Assembly (NCBI RefSeq): GCF_001194135.2
Contig: NC_068983.1
Coordinates: 8,516,919-8,580,918, forward strand
DNA from: Octopus bimaculoides
Taxonomy: Eukaryota
DNA length: 64,000 nucleotides
Reading direction: 5' to 3'
Within the stretch, counting starts at the first letter, position 1; every line of letters starts with the position of its first letter. Below, in pieces: positions 12,700 through 26,348 of the stretch. The notes under the pieces were generated by a model that saw only the letters and a list, made by a program, of their open reading frames with translations, was not told where the DNA came from and made no database searches. The position numbers were made by a program, and so were the translations under genes.

Positions 12700-13770
12700 A
12701 AGTTTTGGTCGAGGGTTGAAAGGTCAAAATAGACGACTACATACGAATATTAAATTTGTTCGAGATTGAAATTCGTTGAATTATGCTGTACAGAGATTTG
12801 TACTCCTTGTTTGACATATTACAACGAGTTATGAACGGAGTCCACTCAAGCCCAGGAAAACTGGACCGTATTATCCCCAAGGAGTAGTATTGGACCCATT
12901 TCGTTTCATAGTATGTATAAACGTCACCTCAAATATCATGAAACACAGTGAAATACCTATATTAATAGATGGCTCTATAACTTCGACATTTACCAATAGA
13001 GAATACCGAACTAAATTCCAGTCTGAACTGCATGCTCAGTTCAGTAAGCGTACACAATAATTTGTTGTTAAATGAGGAAACAGTTGAACTCTTATGCCTT
13101 GAAAATCCAATGTTCTCAAACAACCTTACTCTCTTCCTTCAGTAGAACCTCTCATACTATCTACAACATAAACTTAGAAATAATTATTGAAAATAGCCCC
13201 AGTTACACCTCCTTCATCAACAATTATGTCGATATAACAGACGAGATAAGCTTGTGGATATACAGAACGAGTCAAACGTTCAAACGAGTCAAGTGCTATC
13301 GTGTGCCTTTACTTCTCCTGTGTACGGTTACACCCACCTAGAATGTTGTGATCTCAAAAAAGATGTTATCACTTGCCTTTACTTCTCCTTTGTTCGCCAC
13401 ACCCGCCTACAACATTTTGATCTCGAAACATAACGTTGCGAGAAGTGAGACACTCCAGAGAGCAATCACTAAGAAAATAAATGGTATAACTGCTCTTGGT
13501 TATCTGAACCGCCTGAAAACATTAAACATTTATCCTCTCCTAGACCATCCTGAGTGTTATAACATTTGCACAATGTGGAGGTTATTCCACCAGTATAGTA
13601 CAAACGACCTTGTTGACATCAGTCTATAATGCATACAAACCGAGACTCCGTGATGAACGCCTCCTAAACAATTGAGAGTTGCATAACCAAAGTGAATCAC
13701 GATTTCTTGTCCTGCTCGATCTAGCATTACACCACCGGAAATTAAAGAAGGAAAATATCCTATAATCATG
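12700..13770 (+). mobile_element. CR1-type LINE 3' fragment (RT C-terminus)
   Basis: PQGVVLDPFRFIVCIN (cf. PQGSVLGPLLFIIYIN), THLECC (cf. RPHLEYC) and LQRAITKKINGITALGYLNRLKTLNIYPL (cf. VQRxxTKxIxGLxxLxYxxRLxxLxLxSL). Confidence 0.75.
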
Positions 13771-13999
13771 GAATGATATCTAAAAACCTTCCTTCAATTA
13801 ATAACAAATATCTGCACTAGGATATATCTGAGACAATAACACAAAACGTGACTTAGAAATACCTAAAATGGTTCTATCATGTGCAGCACTATATTAAACA
13901 CGGTTAGAAACAATTGTTGCTGAAATATGTCTAAATTTTATCCAAGTATATAACACACAGGCGGGCATGCACAGACACACATACATACACACATGGCTT

Positions 14000-14000
<1 letters not shown>

Positions 14001-14060
<60 letters not shown>
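14001..14060. repeat. (AT)n microsatellite
   Basis: Long pure AT run. Confidence 0.97.
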
Positions 14061-14062
<2 letters not shown>

Positions 14063-15189
14063 ACAGAATCTAATTCTTTCCAACAGAGACTGCAGCTCAT
14101 GCGTATATTGCAAATAATGTAGTGAGAGACTATCGATGTAATGTGCAGAATAATAAATACTAATCTACATGATAACACTGTTACGGATTTAGACACCTGA
14201 AATATAACACACAATAGGAATAAACGATTAAATACATATAATGCAGCTAGTCTGTGAGGTTGTGACACTTCAATAATAAGAAACTTCATAAATGCATTTG
14301 GCAGGGATGTGATTATTGTGGCGAAAATCATATCACCACTAAATACAGAACGGTTCGGCAGAGATGAATGAGGACTCATTTCAGATATGCTAATTTCTTT
14401 TTCCGTAAAATTATATTTACTTTTATATTTGCATATATGAAAGTAGGTATTTAAACATAATTACATAAAAATATGCTTACAATGCAAACGATAAATAGAA
14501 TACTCGATACTTATAGTAACACACATTTATGTGAAGCCGATAATTCTTTTCAATAATATATGGTTGATCAAACGTAAGATTAAATTTCGACAAACTACGG
14601 CGTGAATACCGGATTTTACACAAATAAGTATATAGATTTTCAATGAAAATATGGTTGGTTTTACTTGGTCATATATTCAATCAAAAAGTAATAGATTTAT
14701 GTGAAAATTTCTCATGGTATTCATAACATGAATATTATTCTTTATAGTTTCATAATCTTATGATTTTATAAATAGGCAATTCGATGCTTTTATAATTTTA
14801 TAGTAATATGATTTATATAGAACGCCATAGCTACACTTTGATTCAACTAATTACAAACTACAAACCGCCCATGAGAGAACACAAAATCTTGCATGAAATT
14901 CATGTCTTGTTGAGAATGTAGAGGAATACTATTTGATGAAATTTGCGCCTTTATTCTATTACAATAAAAAGAACAATCGAAATTCGTTTGTCTGCCTAAG
15001 GGAAAACAGTCATCATCCACTCAAGGCATATTGCTCATTTCGCACCTTCATTTACCTAGATGAATTATAAGGGAATGCATTTATAAAGGAATGATAATTT
15101 AGTAAAATACACGTTGATGTGAATATTATGGGTACTTTTCTTCAAATTGTCTTTGTCTTTTATATTTTACTTGATTTAGTTATTAATTA

Positions 15190-15575
15190 GACTGTGGTCA
15201 TGCTGGGGCACCACCTTAAATATTTAGTCAAATGAATCGACACAAGTAATACTGTTCTAAGCCTGGTACATATTCTATCGGACCCTTGTGCCGAACCGCT
15301 AGTTTACGGGGATGCAAACACACCAACCATAGGTTGACACGCGGTAGGGGTGGGGGAAAACACAGACAGAAAGGCTTAGCACATAAATATACATATATGC
15401 GGCGGGTTATTTTCAGTTTCCCTCTAGCAAGTCTACTCAAAGGGCGTAAGGTTGGAGAATATCGACCACTACGTACGGCTATTAAAATTGGTCGGACTGA
15501 GGTTATAGCAGAAGACGCTTGCACGGGGTAACACGCAGTGGGACTGAACCCGGAACTATAGAGCCACATGTGCGC
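15190..15575 (-). mobile_element. tRNA-derived SINE (family B), reverse orientation
   Basis: From gactgtggtcatgctggggcacc to acgcagtgggactgaacccggaac, corresponding to the reverse complement of 26132-26570. Confidence 0.85.
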
Positions 15576-17025
15576 CTAAGTATTAAATATATTGAATATT
15601 ACTGAATATATAACGAACTAAACTCTATAATTTATTATTTTCTCCATTGTCGCTACGCAGAAAAAAAAAAATTCGTATGCTCAGTACAGAGGAATTACGT
15701 CCAGGGTGTTTTTAACGGTAAATAACGCAGTTGTTAGAGATAAGGATAAAATTGTCTGTGGCATTCGCTCCCACTTTCAGACGCCTAAGTTCAGATTCTT
15801 TCGACGTAAATTTTCCCAGTAGTTTTTTTCAGAGTCGGTGCGCTGCGATTTGCTCGAAGAGGAAGGGATCAAACCAATTTCATTTCTAAACAAAATCTAC
15901 CTGTGCTTTTGTGAGTAAATGAGAGGTTGAGATAAATTCGGATATAACAGTGTTACACAAACCCAACAAACATTAGATATATTTTTCGAAAGTGTGAATA
16001 TTATAACAACATACAAAGGAATGGAGCTAGAGGATAAAACAATTCTTCCAGTAGCATGTCAGCTTACCTAAAATTGTTGACTGTACTTTGTGAGTTTCTT
16101 GACGCTATATTTAAATAAAATTAAGTCTCAGCGAATGTATATGGCAGTTTTGAATAGTAACACTGTCACAGAAAGATGTAAGCTTATTTTGTTTATTTTA
16201 ACAGATGACTTGACAATTTATAGATAAACAGGGGACTAGGTTGTAAAGATGCACATAATAGAAAAAGGTTGGGTGCAAATATGGAGATAATAGAATAAAG
16301 ATATGACACGAGATCTATTTTAGAGAACGTGGTTATGTGAATATTCACATCCACAGACTCACATATGCAAACACAGAGCTGTACATAGACTGCAATATAC
16401 GCACACACACACACACATACACAAACAGAACAGTACACAGACACACACACACACACAAACACACACATATAATTAAATAATAAATAAACAGGCACAATTG
16501 CACGCGCACACTCATATATGCAGGTATGGACGCATGAAAGTATGTATGTATAAATTACACATACTTTATGTTCACGTTTACGAAAACCCTTTTTCAATAA
16601 TTGGGAGACCTTTGCAAAAGTCAGCATCACCTGCAGTAATTCAATTACTACTGTCACACAATTTTTGTTTCCAATAGAATAATATATTTCATTCTATTAT
16701 TATTCTTTATATATTTTCCCTACTTTTTGGCAGTGGGCGGACCATTCCTTATAGTTGATATCATCTATATGTTATGTGTGCCATCATTGCTGTCATTAAG
16801 CTCTTTATCTTTATTATATGCTTTTCTTCGTTTCATTTGTGAAGTATATAGTTCACTGCCTCAATTTTAGGTGTCAGTCACATTTATGAGAATAATTCCG
16901 TTAAGAAAGAAATCTATATACATTCCGTCTATTCCTAAAGGTCATAGTTTCGAGACCTATACAAAAATCATTCAAGTAATGGAAAGAGAACGAGACTTTG
17001 TATTTCACTTATTTGTATACTGGTA

Positions 17026-17026
<1 letters not shown>

Positions 17027-17074
<48 letters not shown>

Positions 17075-17112
17075 TACTACCCACCACCACCACCACTACC
17101 ACCACCACCACC

Positions 17113-17179
<67 letters not shown>

Positions 17180-17190
17180 TTATTATAATC
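17027..17190. repeat. Compound trinucleotide microsatellite (AAT)n-(ACC)n-(ACT)n-(ATT)n
   Basis: Directly visible; the source of the poly-I/H/Y ORF. Confidence 0.97.
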
Positions 17191-17419
17191 TTGCTTTCGA
17201 GGTTTTAAGGCAGGGAAGCCGTTTCCTATTTCCCACCCAGCTAAAAGCAACAAACTTTCCTTCAAATTGGAGTTTACGGTCCTAAAAAGAAACATGTAGG
17301 GGAACCGAAATGATACTGAGATGCATAAAGTACTTAAATGGCTCTAAAGCAACTAAGCAATTACGGCTAAAAAATACGATAAGTTATATTATATGCAAAT
17401 TAATATAGAATTATATGAA

Positions 17420-17585
17420 GGAAAATAGCTCAGATGGATCTCACCGTTTGAGTTATGACTTCAAATTCCGCCGAGGTTGACTTTGTCTTTCATCCTGTCA
17501 TTCAACAAAGCAAGTACCAGTTGAGCACTGGAATCGATTTAATCAAGGTACCATCTTCTCCGATATTCTTGGCATTTTGCCACGA
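17420..17585 (+). mobile_element. SINE (family A), forward
   Basis: ttcaaattccgccgaggttgactttgtctttcatcc...gtaccagttgagcactggaatcgat is the reverse complement of the family A core. Confidence 0.8.
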
Positions 17586-17829
17586 TATGCATTCAAATAT
17601 ATATATATATATATATATATATNNNNNNNNNNNNNNNNNNNNNNNNNNNNNNNNNNNNNNNNNNNNNNNNNNNNNNNNNNNNNNNNNNNGTGTGTGTGTG
17701 TGTGTATATATGTATGTATGTATGCATGTATGTATGTATGAACTAACAATGGTTTACGATACCCTCACTCTTAGACTTCGTCGATACATACTAATAATTT
17801 GTATTCTTATTATTGCGTGAACAAAGCAA

Positions 17830-18923
17830 GCATATTTTCTGCTTACCTCAAAAGTAGGTTCATCATGGATCAAGTAGTGCTCCAGTCAGCAAAGTGTAAA
17901 AATATTCTGGAGATTTGTTTCACAAATAAAAGACGCTCATCCCTATTGTGAAAGTAGCTCAGACGATCTTCTCCGACGATCTTCTCCGACCATAATTTAC
18001 TAGAACTAAAACTATGCTCCGCAGAAAATTGTAGACATACAGGACACCAGAATTATCCAGCTTCTTTTCTGACTGAACTTTCACAAAGCTAATCGGAAAC
18101 GCATTCAGAAATCGGTCATAGGAGAAAACTAGTCTGCCAGTCTATCTACGCAAGATATTGACTTGCAGCTCCAGCATTTATAGCAACAATGCATGGTATA
18201 CGCAGTAATTTTGCCGCAGACAGATTGTCAAAGTGACCATAAAAAAAACATAATTTCCTGGGATAGGAAAATGCCAATGAAACGACAAGGAAAGATCTGA
18301 AATCGTCTAAATGAGTACTTCAGTAAACTGTGTTGGGGTCGCTACTGTTTATCGTCACTCCTAGCTCTCGCGGTCATATCATACATACCAGTCATATCAT
18401 ACAACAGTTGTAAAAGCCTTCAAGGAACCTTTCGAAGTTAATGTTGTACAGAAAGACCTAGAATCTAGAAATAGAGGGGCAGAAGAAAATTACATGAAAT
18501 TTAATGCATGGAAATTACAATCCCTACGCCATCAGCCATCTTGAGCTAGCATGACGTTGAGCCAAAATGAGCGTCAATCTCAGAGTCAAGTGTAATGTGT
18601 GATGTGGTGACTGATATAAGCAATGGCACCTTTCATGTACTTATTACCACGAAGTTGACAATGCGCCAGTGAGAGGCTATGTCGATTCCGTGAACATTCA
18701 GAACAAGGGACCAGGAAACTAGGGTAGTTCTAGGGTAGCCGTCTCCACTGTCACATAAATAGCAGAATTTGAAGCAGTTCAGAGTTAATGCACTAGGAAG
18801 ATCGCATCAGTAAATCAGCTGGGCTACTGGGAGAGATTCAAAGGATTATTACACTATTTCCTGGAGGAGACGCAGAACAGAGATATGAAGTGGTATCTGT
18901 ATATATGTATGTATGTATACACA

Positions 18924-18961
<38 letters not shown>

Positions 18962-19240
18962 CTATTGAACATTGGGATATCTTAGGTTAACCCCAAACTT
19001 CCGCAACAATATTATACCAGCTCTCGAAAAGAACATCACGGCAATGCCCCTAAATTTAGGGTCAGGTACTGCAATAGCATGCGATTCAAAGACCCACAGC
19101 TATTTAATATGTTGCCACACAAATTTGGGAGATTTACAGGAGATACTGATGGATGTTTTTAAGAAACAACTTGGTATCCTGTAGTCCAAGATCACAGACA
19201 AAACTGCATCACGACAACAATCAACAATATCAAAGTCTCT
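17830..19240 (+). mobile_element. CR1-type LINE with RT core deleted, interrupted by a microsatellite at about 18900-18960
   Basis: EN C-terminus MDQVVLQSAKCKNILEICFTN...QTIFSDHNLLEL, then MKFNAW, RTFRTRDQET, EFEAVQS*CTRKIASVNQLGYWERFK (cf. ELExIQR..LSYWERL), then RYCNSMRFKDPQLFNMLP after the repeat. Confidence 0.8.
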
Positions 19241-19739
19241 CTTTCACGAAGAGCCATACACAAGAAAATGACCATTGAAAAACTGATAAGTTTGGCGTTA
19301 CCACCCCAGGATGGCCACAGTTTTTCTGAAGCGAATAAAAGAATATGTATACGTATGTGTGCATGTGCATGCGTGTGAGTGTGTGTGTTTGTGTGAGTGA
19401 GTGAATGTGCGTATGTATATATTTGTGAGCGTTTGTGTTTATAACTATGTACGTATATATTCTATGTAATTTGTAATATCTATACGTACATGAGTGACTC
19501 ATACAGAGATGTTATCAGTTAAAGCTGTAAAATAAAATCACAGCCAGAACTAGAGCAAAGTATATTTTCTGATCAAACACTTTTCAAAAGAATATGCTAC
19601 ACATTTATACCAAACAATATCATATGCTCACGTAGCCACATGAAAGCTAGACGCTTTGTATACAGAAATATATGCATATAATATGTGTGTGTGTGTCTGT
19701 GTGTGCGTGTCTGTGCGTCTGTGTGTCTGTGTGTTTGTA

Positions 19740-20960
19740 CATGGAAGTTAGATTCTCTTCCGAGAAAGAAGTAAAAACACACAGTCCCTCTAAAGTTGGC
19801 AGAGCTGGAGCTTCAGCTGACATACCTAGGAAAACAAACTTCGAGAATAAAAATAGAAGTCCCACTAGAAATTGACGGGGAAAAGTGCAGGCCACGCTGC
19901 TACAAATGTGGCCAAAAAGACCACATTAAAGTCGAAAGCGTGTCGGAAAGAGAAGTAGCGGGTTTCCTTCCATCAACCAAACCACCCACGTGCGCGATCG
20001 CTCCACCTGAAAAGAAAAACAATGAAAAAGAACCATCCACGAAGAAAAACCAGGAAGCAAACAAGACATGAATCAATAAACATAGAAGAAACAGACCCAG
20101 ATTGGCGTACAGTCAAAAGAAAACACAAAGAAAAAATCCCACCCCACCTCCACCACTGACACTCACACCAGAAACAAATCACTTGCTACTCCCCACTGCA
20201 CACACTCACACACAGCACGAATCCACATCACCTCCTTCTTAAACAGTCGCAAACGTTGCCATCATAAGCATAACGAATACCCAACTAACAGAACTAGTCT
20301 GCACAAGCCGTCGCATATCACCCTATGTCGTATCCCCAAGCCATAACACATAAGAGCGCGTAAAATTTATCTAACATGATAGCAAGACTTATATTGATAT
20401 ACATGAAAAATTTCCTAAAGACGTTGCGTCGCTGCAGCGAGTATTTCCCAAACTCTTATACGCCCAGTTCACGAAAGATACACCGCAAGCCGTGGAAAGC
20501 GGGGTACATATATTTCCCGACACCAAATCAAAGTAAGTTCTAACTACTATGTTTTCGCTCAAGCTCGGTTGTGCGAATGTGCGTGGCCTGAGTTCGAAAA
20601 GTAAACAGCATTGTTTACTAAAAGATCTCGTTTCACTACGTTTGGATGTGATATCTCCTTTAGTAAAATATTACAGAAACCAAATAAAACGAAAGATAAA
20701 GCTGGAGAGAGAGTTGTTACCATCAGGAATATTTGGAAAAACATGGATGCAGGTGGAGCGCATGATTCATTGAATATGGCCGCCTTGAGCGGGAAAACAA
20801 AAGTTCCACGTCCTTCACTTCATATCACGACTTTCATTCATACTCCATCTTATCATCAATTGTTATCCTCCCATATTTTATGTCTTCGTTCCCCACTTTT
20901 TGTTGTCATGTTATCGTCCCCTTCCATGTACAGCCCCTGTGGCTAATTTAAAATAAAGTG
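19740..20960 (+). mobile_element. Tx1/L1-like LINE, internally deleted (gag-like ORF1 remnant plus fused ORF2 termini)
   Basis: The ORF at 19796-20071 has a degenerate zinc knuckle (RPRCYKCGQKDHIKVES). The ORF at 20549-20773 begins with an APE endonuclease N-terminus (LKLGCANVRGL..KQ..LLKDL...LDVI) joined to LVKYYRNQIKRKIKLERELL...FGKTW, typical of Tx1-type ORF2 C-termini. A pyrimidine-rich 3' UTR ends near aaataaa. Confidence 0.75.
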
Positions 20961-21064
20961 ATCAAATGTTTGCATACACATTAGCTCACTCCCTCCATCA
21001 AATCGACATTGTCTGTACGGATGCACTGTGTGCCACATGTCAGATGACGTAATGATCGTAGTGC

Positions 21065-21180
21065 AACGTGAAACGAAGCGCCATGTTCAAGAACACAACA
21101 CAACGTTCTGTCTGGGAATCAAACCCACGATCTAGCAATCATGAGTCCAACAACCTAACTACCAAGCCATGTGCCTTCAT
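21065..21180 (-). mobile_element. tRNA-derived SINE head (family C)
   Basis: The reverse complement has an A-box (ggcttggtagttagg) and a B-box-like gggtttgattccc. Confidence 0.8.
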
Positions 21181-21923
21181 ATATACATGTCTGCAGCTGT
21201 TGGTGTTCCAAATCGGATATGCAATCTTTGTGGGTGTTTTTTCAAAACACCGCCTGGTTTTAAAAGCGACATCAGATGCCATGATGGTTGTAAGGTGTAG
21301 GTACAAGAGGTTGTTAGACTCTGCATGAGGAGTAGAGAACTACCATATATATATATGGTTATGTAACTGCTTATTTTAATATAAAATGTCGTGTGTAGAC
21401 ACATATATGTGAAATAATGAAATTTTACGAATCGACCTTCATGGAAAATATTTTATATATGACAAGAAATTCAATACCCCTCCCTCTACATACGCAGAAA
21501 TTCATACAAGTTTAAAACACACATACGCATGCACACGCACACAAACACACACACACAGTGAAACAACTACCGCACACACGTGCACACACACGTATAGATT
21601 CAATGCATTCACAACTATTAACATAAACACACACACACACGCAGACGCACACATACACACACACAAACATATACCTTCAATCCGTACATAACCATTCACG
21701 AATATTTACACACACACACACATGCATGTGTATGCATACATATATACATACACGCATACACACACATGTGTCTGTGTGTGCGTGTGTGTGTACATAACAC
21801 AGAGATTAAAATGAGTTGAATTTCTTTTAGAAATACGTTTAATTCAATATTCACTGCTCATGAATATTTAAATGTATTCGAACTATTAGAAAATGATGAT
21901 ATACATATAGACATACATACTTC

Positions 21924-21969
<46 letters not shown>

Positions 21970-22196
21970 NNNNNNNNNNNNNNNNNNNNNNNNNNNNNNN
22001 NNNNNNNNNNNNNNNNNNNNNNNNNNNNNNNNNNNNNNNNNNNNNNNNNNNNNNNNNNNNNNNNNNNNNNNNNNNNNNNNNNNNNNNNNNNNNNNNNNNN
22101 NNNNNNNNNNNNNNNNNNNNNNNNNNNNNNNNNNNNNNNNNNNNNNNNNNNNNNNNNNNNNNNNNNNNNNNNNNNNNNNNNNNNNNNNNNNNNNNN

Positions 22197-22265
<69 letters not shown>

Positions 22266-22989
22266 TGTGAGCGTGTTTAAGTGCATAAATATAATCTGTT
22301 ATATCAATAATATATATTAAAAAAAGGCTTACAATATGATGAGATTAAATAAAAAGGAAATAGATAAATGTATATGTAAATCGCACTAGACCGAATAGTA
22401 CAACTTAAACGTTCTATTACATTAATGTGAATGTGTTTAAGTAGAAATTTGTGTTTTAGACAGAGAATATGTATTAGAATTACGAACGTACAATGATTAA
22501 TATGACAGACGTATAGAACTAGTAGATTCTGTTCTCTATTGATATTTTGATTAGGATTCTGAATGAAAAATATTGAAATCAGGCATATCATATGAAGTGC
22601 CGTTTTCACTAAATTTTAGGTCTGGCTTATTCCTTAGCTTACATGATAATGTTGCCCAGCGTTATAATGTTGCCGGAACGACCAAGATATATTTGTTTGT
22701 ATTACCCATGTCGAAAGTGTGATTGACTGCGTTTTCCTGTAGTTCCAGCGAGCCTATAAATATGTGCATATTGGTTCAAACGTAATACTAAATGAGCTCT
22801 TATTCCGTACTTATACGGGCATTAATAAATCCTTTAATGTTAGTAATAATCCTTTCTAATGTAACCCAAATCCTGAAAATTTGAACGGAGGAGGGGGTTA
22901 TTCGATTACAAGGAAAGCTATACTTGTCTGCTGCTTGCTTTCCCTCCCCCACGAGGATGAATGGCGAAGTCGATACAGGTTGTGTTTGA

Positions 22990-23300
22990 TCTCAGAACGT
23001 AAACCTGGAAAAAATGTTGCTATGTATTTTGTCCAGCGCATGGACGACTCTGCCAGCTCACCGCGCCAATGCTATCACAAATGTAGGCTTGGAATTTTGG
23101 TACGAGGCCAGTAATTTCGGGAGAGGTGTGTAAGTCGATTACATTGATGCCAGAGTTCCACTGGTATTTATTTTATCGTCACCAAAATGATGAAATGCAA
23201 AGTCGACCTCGGAGAATTTTGAATTTAGGACGCATAGATGAAGGAAATGCCGCTAAACATTTCACCCGGCGTGCCAACGATTCTGCCAGCTCGCCGCCTT
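22990..23300 (-). mobile_element. Two tandem family A SINE pieces
   Basis: Two ctgccagctc(a/g)ccgc ends (about 23050 and 23290) and the gcaaagtcgacctcggagaattttgaa core. Confidence 0.85.
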
Positions 23301-25559
23301 AATATTATTAGAAATAATAGAGATAGTGCATTGACATTTCGTTAAGGCAGTTAGCAAAATAACATTAAACTGATAGGATTAGTAAACAGGAGAGTAAAAT
23401 CTAGAGTCCGGTCGCGCTGCGTGCACGGATTCAAAGTGCCTCTGAGCCGCCATCTAACTCTATTATACATATGTGGAATGAATATGAAGTGGGTGCTTGA
23501 ATCATAAAGAACGCTTCATTAGCTGATTGCACATCCATCGGCACCACCTCTATGGAGACGTTTCAGTTACTGACTTGATAGAGCTTGGTGATACCGTATG
23601 ATTCATCCGCTCGGGATCAATGTAATTGCTTCAGTTGGGTTTTTCACCTGTCTCTTTACAATTCGCCATGCTGTAGTCACAATGATCCCGCCGTATCCCT
23701 GGGCGGACAGCTGAACAGGTGCTGTGTCATGCCGTCGCTATGCAGGGCCTTTTCAACATGCACGCATGAAGGGTTAATTGACAAAAAGAAAAAATAACGG
23801 TGGAATCGTAGACAAAATAACGGGAAATTACCAGAATTGTTAAAACAATGAACAAAATGCAGAAGGAACTGAATCAATAAAGGCGTAGGAATTATAATTT
23901 TCAGTATTCATGCATGGCGCTTTACATTCAATGTTCTAATATTTTCATGGGTAACTTTTCCCTAGAAAAACAATGTCACATGTTCCTCCTATTACACCTT
24001 ACGTTTTATAGGGTTACATAATCATACATCAGCTAAAAGACTTCTTTTAAACATGTGTTAGGTGAAGCTAATGAAGGTGCACAAAATGTTACAACCCGCC
24101 TCGAACGAACTAATATGTTTCTTTGCGGTCTGACGATCCTGTTTGGAAAAGTCATAATAAATGGCTTGTCCCATCCTCTCAGATTTGCTAACCTTGGACG
24201 CTGCAACACATCAAGAAAGGAACATATTAGTTCGTTCGAGAGAAATCTTGAAATCTCGGCTCTTATACGCCCCAGGGCTCAGGAAAAAAAAAACTTGTTT
24301 TGAAGAACATTCAGCCACCTGCATTTTGATATTAGAAATTAAATTTTCGAAGAGATAAATACTCATCGTTGATACCGACAGAGACCCCACTACTGTCTAT
24401 GTGTCTGGTTTACAACTAATTGACACATAGAAAAACTAGTGCCGTATAATCTAATTGGTTAAAAGAAATTTTCATTTCAGTCGTTTATTTGATATTTTAA
24501 ATAATTTTGTCTCTTATCTTATTCCAAGACGTTCAGTAGATCACATACGTTGGAGAAATCAGATTTCTATTTGTAATTTAACAAGATTACTATTTTTCTT
24601 TATTTTGCACTCTTTTATAGCCAGAAGATGTGTCCTCAAAGCTTTTAACATTCAAATCCAATTAGAAACGCCTGCCTTCCTGAGACGACTTGTCCCATAA
24701 ATGCTTTTGTATTAGAAAAAGTAGTTCATGTGTAAAAGTTTTCGGCAAGTACATTCGATGTCATTGCTACGTTTCTATTTCGAATCGTCATTCATAGGTT
24801 TCCATTGTACTTTGTCAAAAGATAACTCAAATCGCTCCTGCAAATAGACAATGACAGCTTGTGAGTGCTAAACTATTTTCTAATCTCATAAACGCTGAGA
24901 AGAGTGTTTTGTAATCTTACAAACGATGAGACAAGCAACTTTTTAGACATAACATTTTCTGCATTCGAGTCTTTGTTACGACTTCACGTCCGAAAGTTCA
25001 GCTACACTCTTTTCCAAATGAAATTTTCAATGAAATATGAAACACCTAACGATGGTGCACCGGCATGTCGGCAGCTTTAAATCTGAAATATTTTAAAGAA
25101 TTAACGATAGATATATCAAACGCTTTAGAGCCTGCACTAATTTTACACCACATGCCTCCACACTAATGTACTAAAAAGGTACTACTTCAATGTACAACAC
25201 TCCCTTTAATATCCACTCTGTTGCAAACTATACTGGATCAGTCAGGAATTAGGCACATAGCAAGCTTGTTACAGTGATGAGAATAGTCAGTGCTCCATGA
25301 GAATAGATGATGGGCAGCATTCGAAACCATAGCGATTAACAGAATCCTGACATTAGAGTAATCAGGGCGTCACCCTAGAACCCACAACCATAAACAAAGT
25401 GGCAAAATCCTCACAAGGAATGCATTGTCGAACAGCGTGAATGAAACGTGGTAAGCAGTTCAATATGTCCACGGTACACGTCATTGCACTATTGTTTGGA
25501 TCGAGTGTCTAGTGCTGCTGTACAAATTTCGTGGCATTTCGATGCATGATCATGATTTC

Positions 25560-25900
25560 CCTCAGGAAGTCATCGTGATTAAAGCCATGTGAAGATTGTT
25601 GAATATTTTAGTGAAGATCCTTATCTTCTCGAATTTTCTCACATTTTCTGGTATTTTACATTTCTGGTATTTACATTTATAGTATGTTGCATGTGAGCGT
25701 TCGCCCACAATTTCTCTCAGCTTCAAATGGCATTTATCGGGGCATTCAAAGCATAGTGCATTCAAAACAGTAGTTCGATTTGAAGATTGTGTGCCGAAAG
25801 CTCTAGACAGCCGTTCGAATGTCTCGAAAATTATTTTCCGAATTTGACAAAAATTTTCAAATGGGCTGGTTGATGAATACATCAATCATCTGATATTGTT
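25560..25900 (-). mobile_element. Mariner transposase N-terminal (HTH) remnant
   Basis: ENFCQIRKIIFETFERLSRAFGTQSSNRTTV resembles the mariner IKFCxKLGKSxxETFxxLxxAFGxxxxSRTxV motif. Confidence 0.5.
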
Positions 25901-26131
25901 AGACAGATGCAATAGGCCTTATAGCAATGATTGTCAGCTGGATAGATATTTCTGTTGAACAGTAATATAATAGCAATGCGCACTTTGGATTTTCTCTGCC
26001 AAAAATCTATTGAAAATCCCATTTAAATCCTACAAATTTTATTCTTAAAATATAACTCCTTTTATACATGCCAAACAATTAATGAACAGTTGTTCGTTAT
26101 ATCAAGCTAGAAACGATATCGATTATGAACC

Positions 26132-26315
26132 AGGTGCATGTTTGGCTGTGTGGTAAGAAGATTGCTTCTCAACGACATGGTTCCGAGTTCAGTCTCAGTG
26201 CGTTGCACCTTGGGCAAGCTTCATCAACTATAGCCTCGGGCCTCCCAAACAAAGCCTTGTGAGTGAATTTGTTAGAGGGAAACTGAAAGAAGCCTGTCGT
26301 CTTTACGTATACGCC

Positions 26316-26348
<33 letters not shown>

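Noticed and set aside
16998-17295. Poly-I/H/Y and poly-S/G ORFs
   Set aside because: Translations of a trinucleotide microsatellite; no coding evidence.
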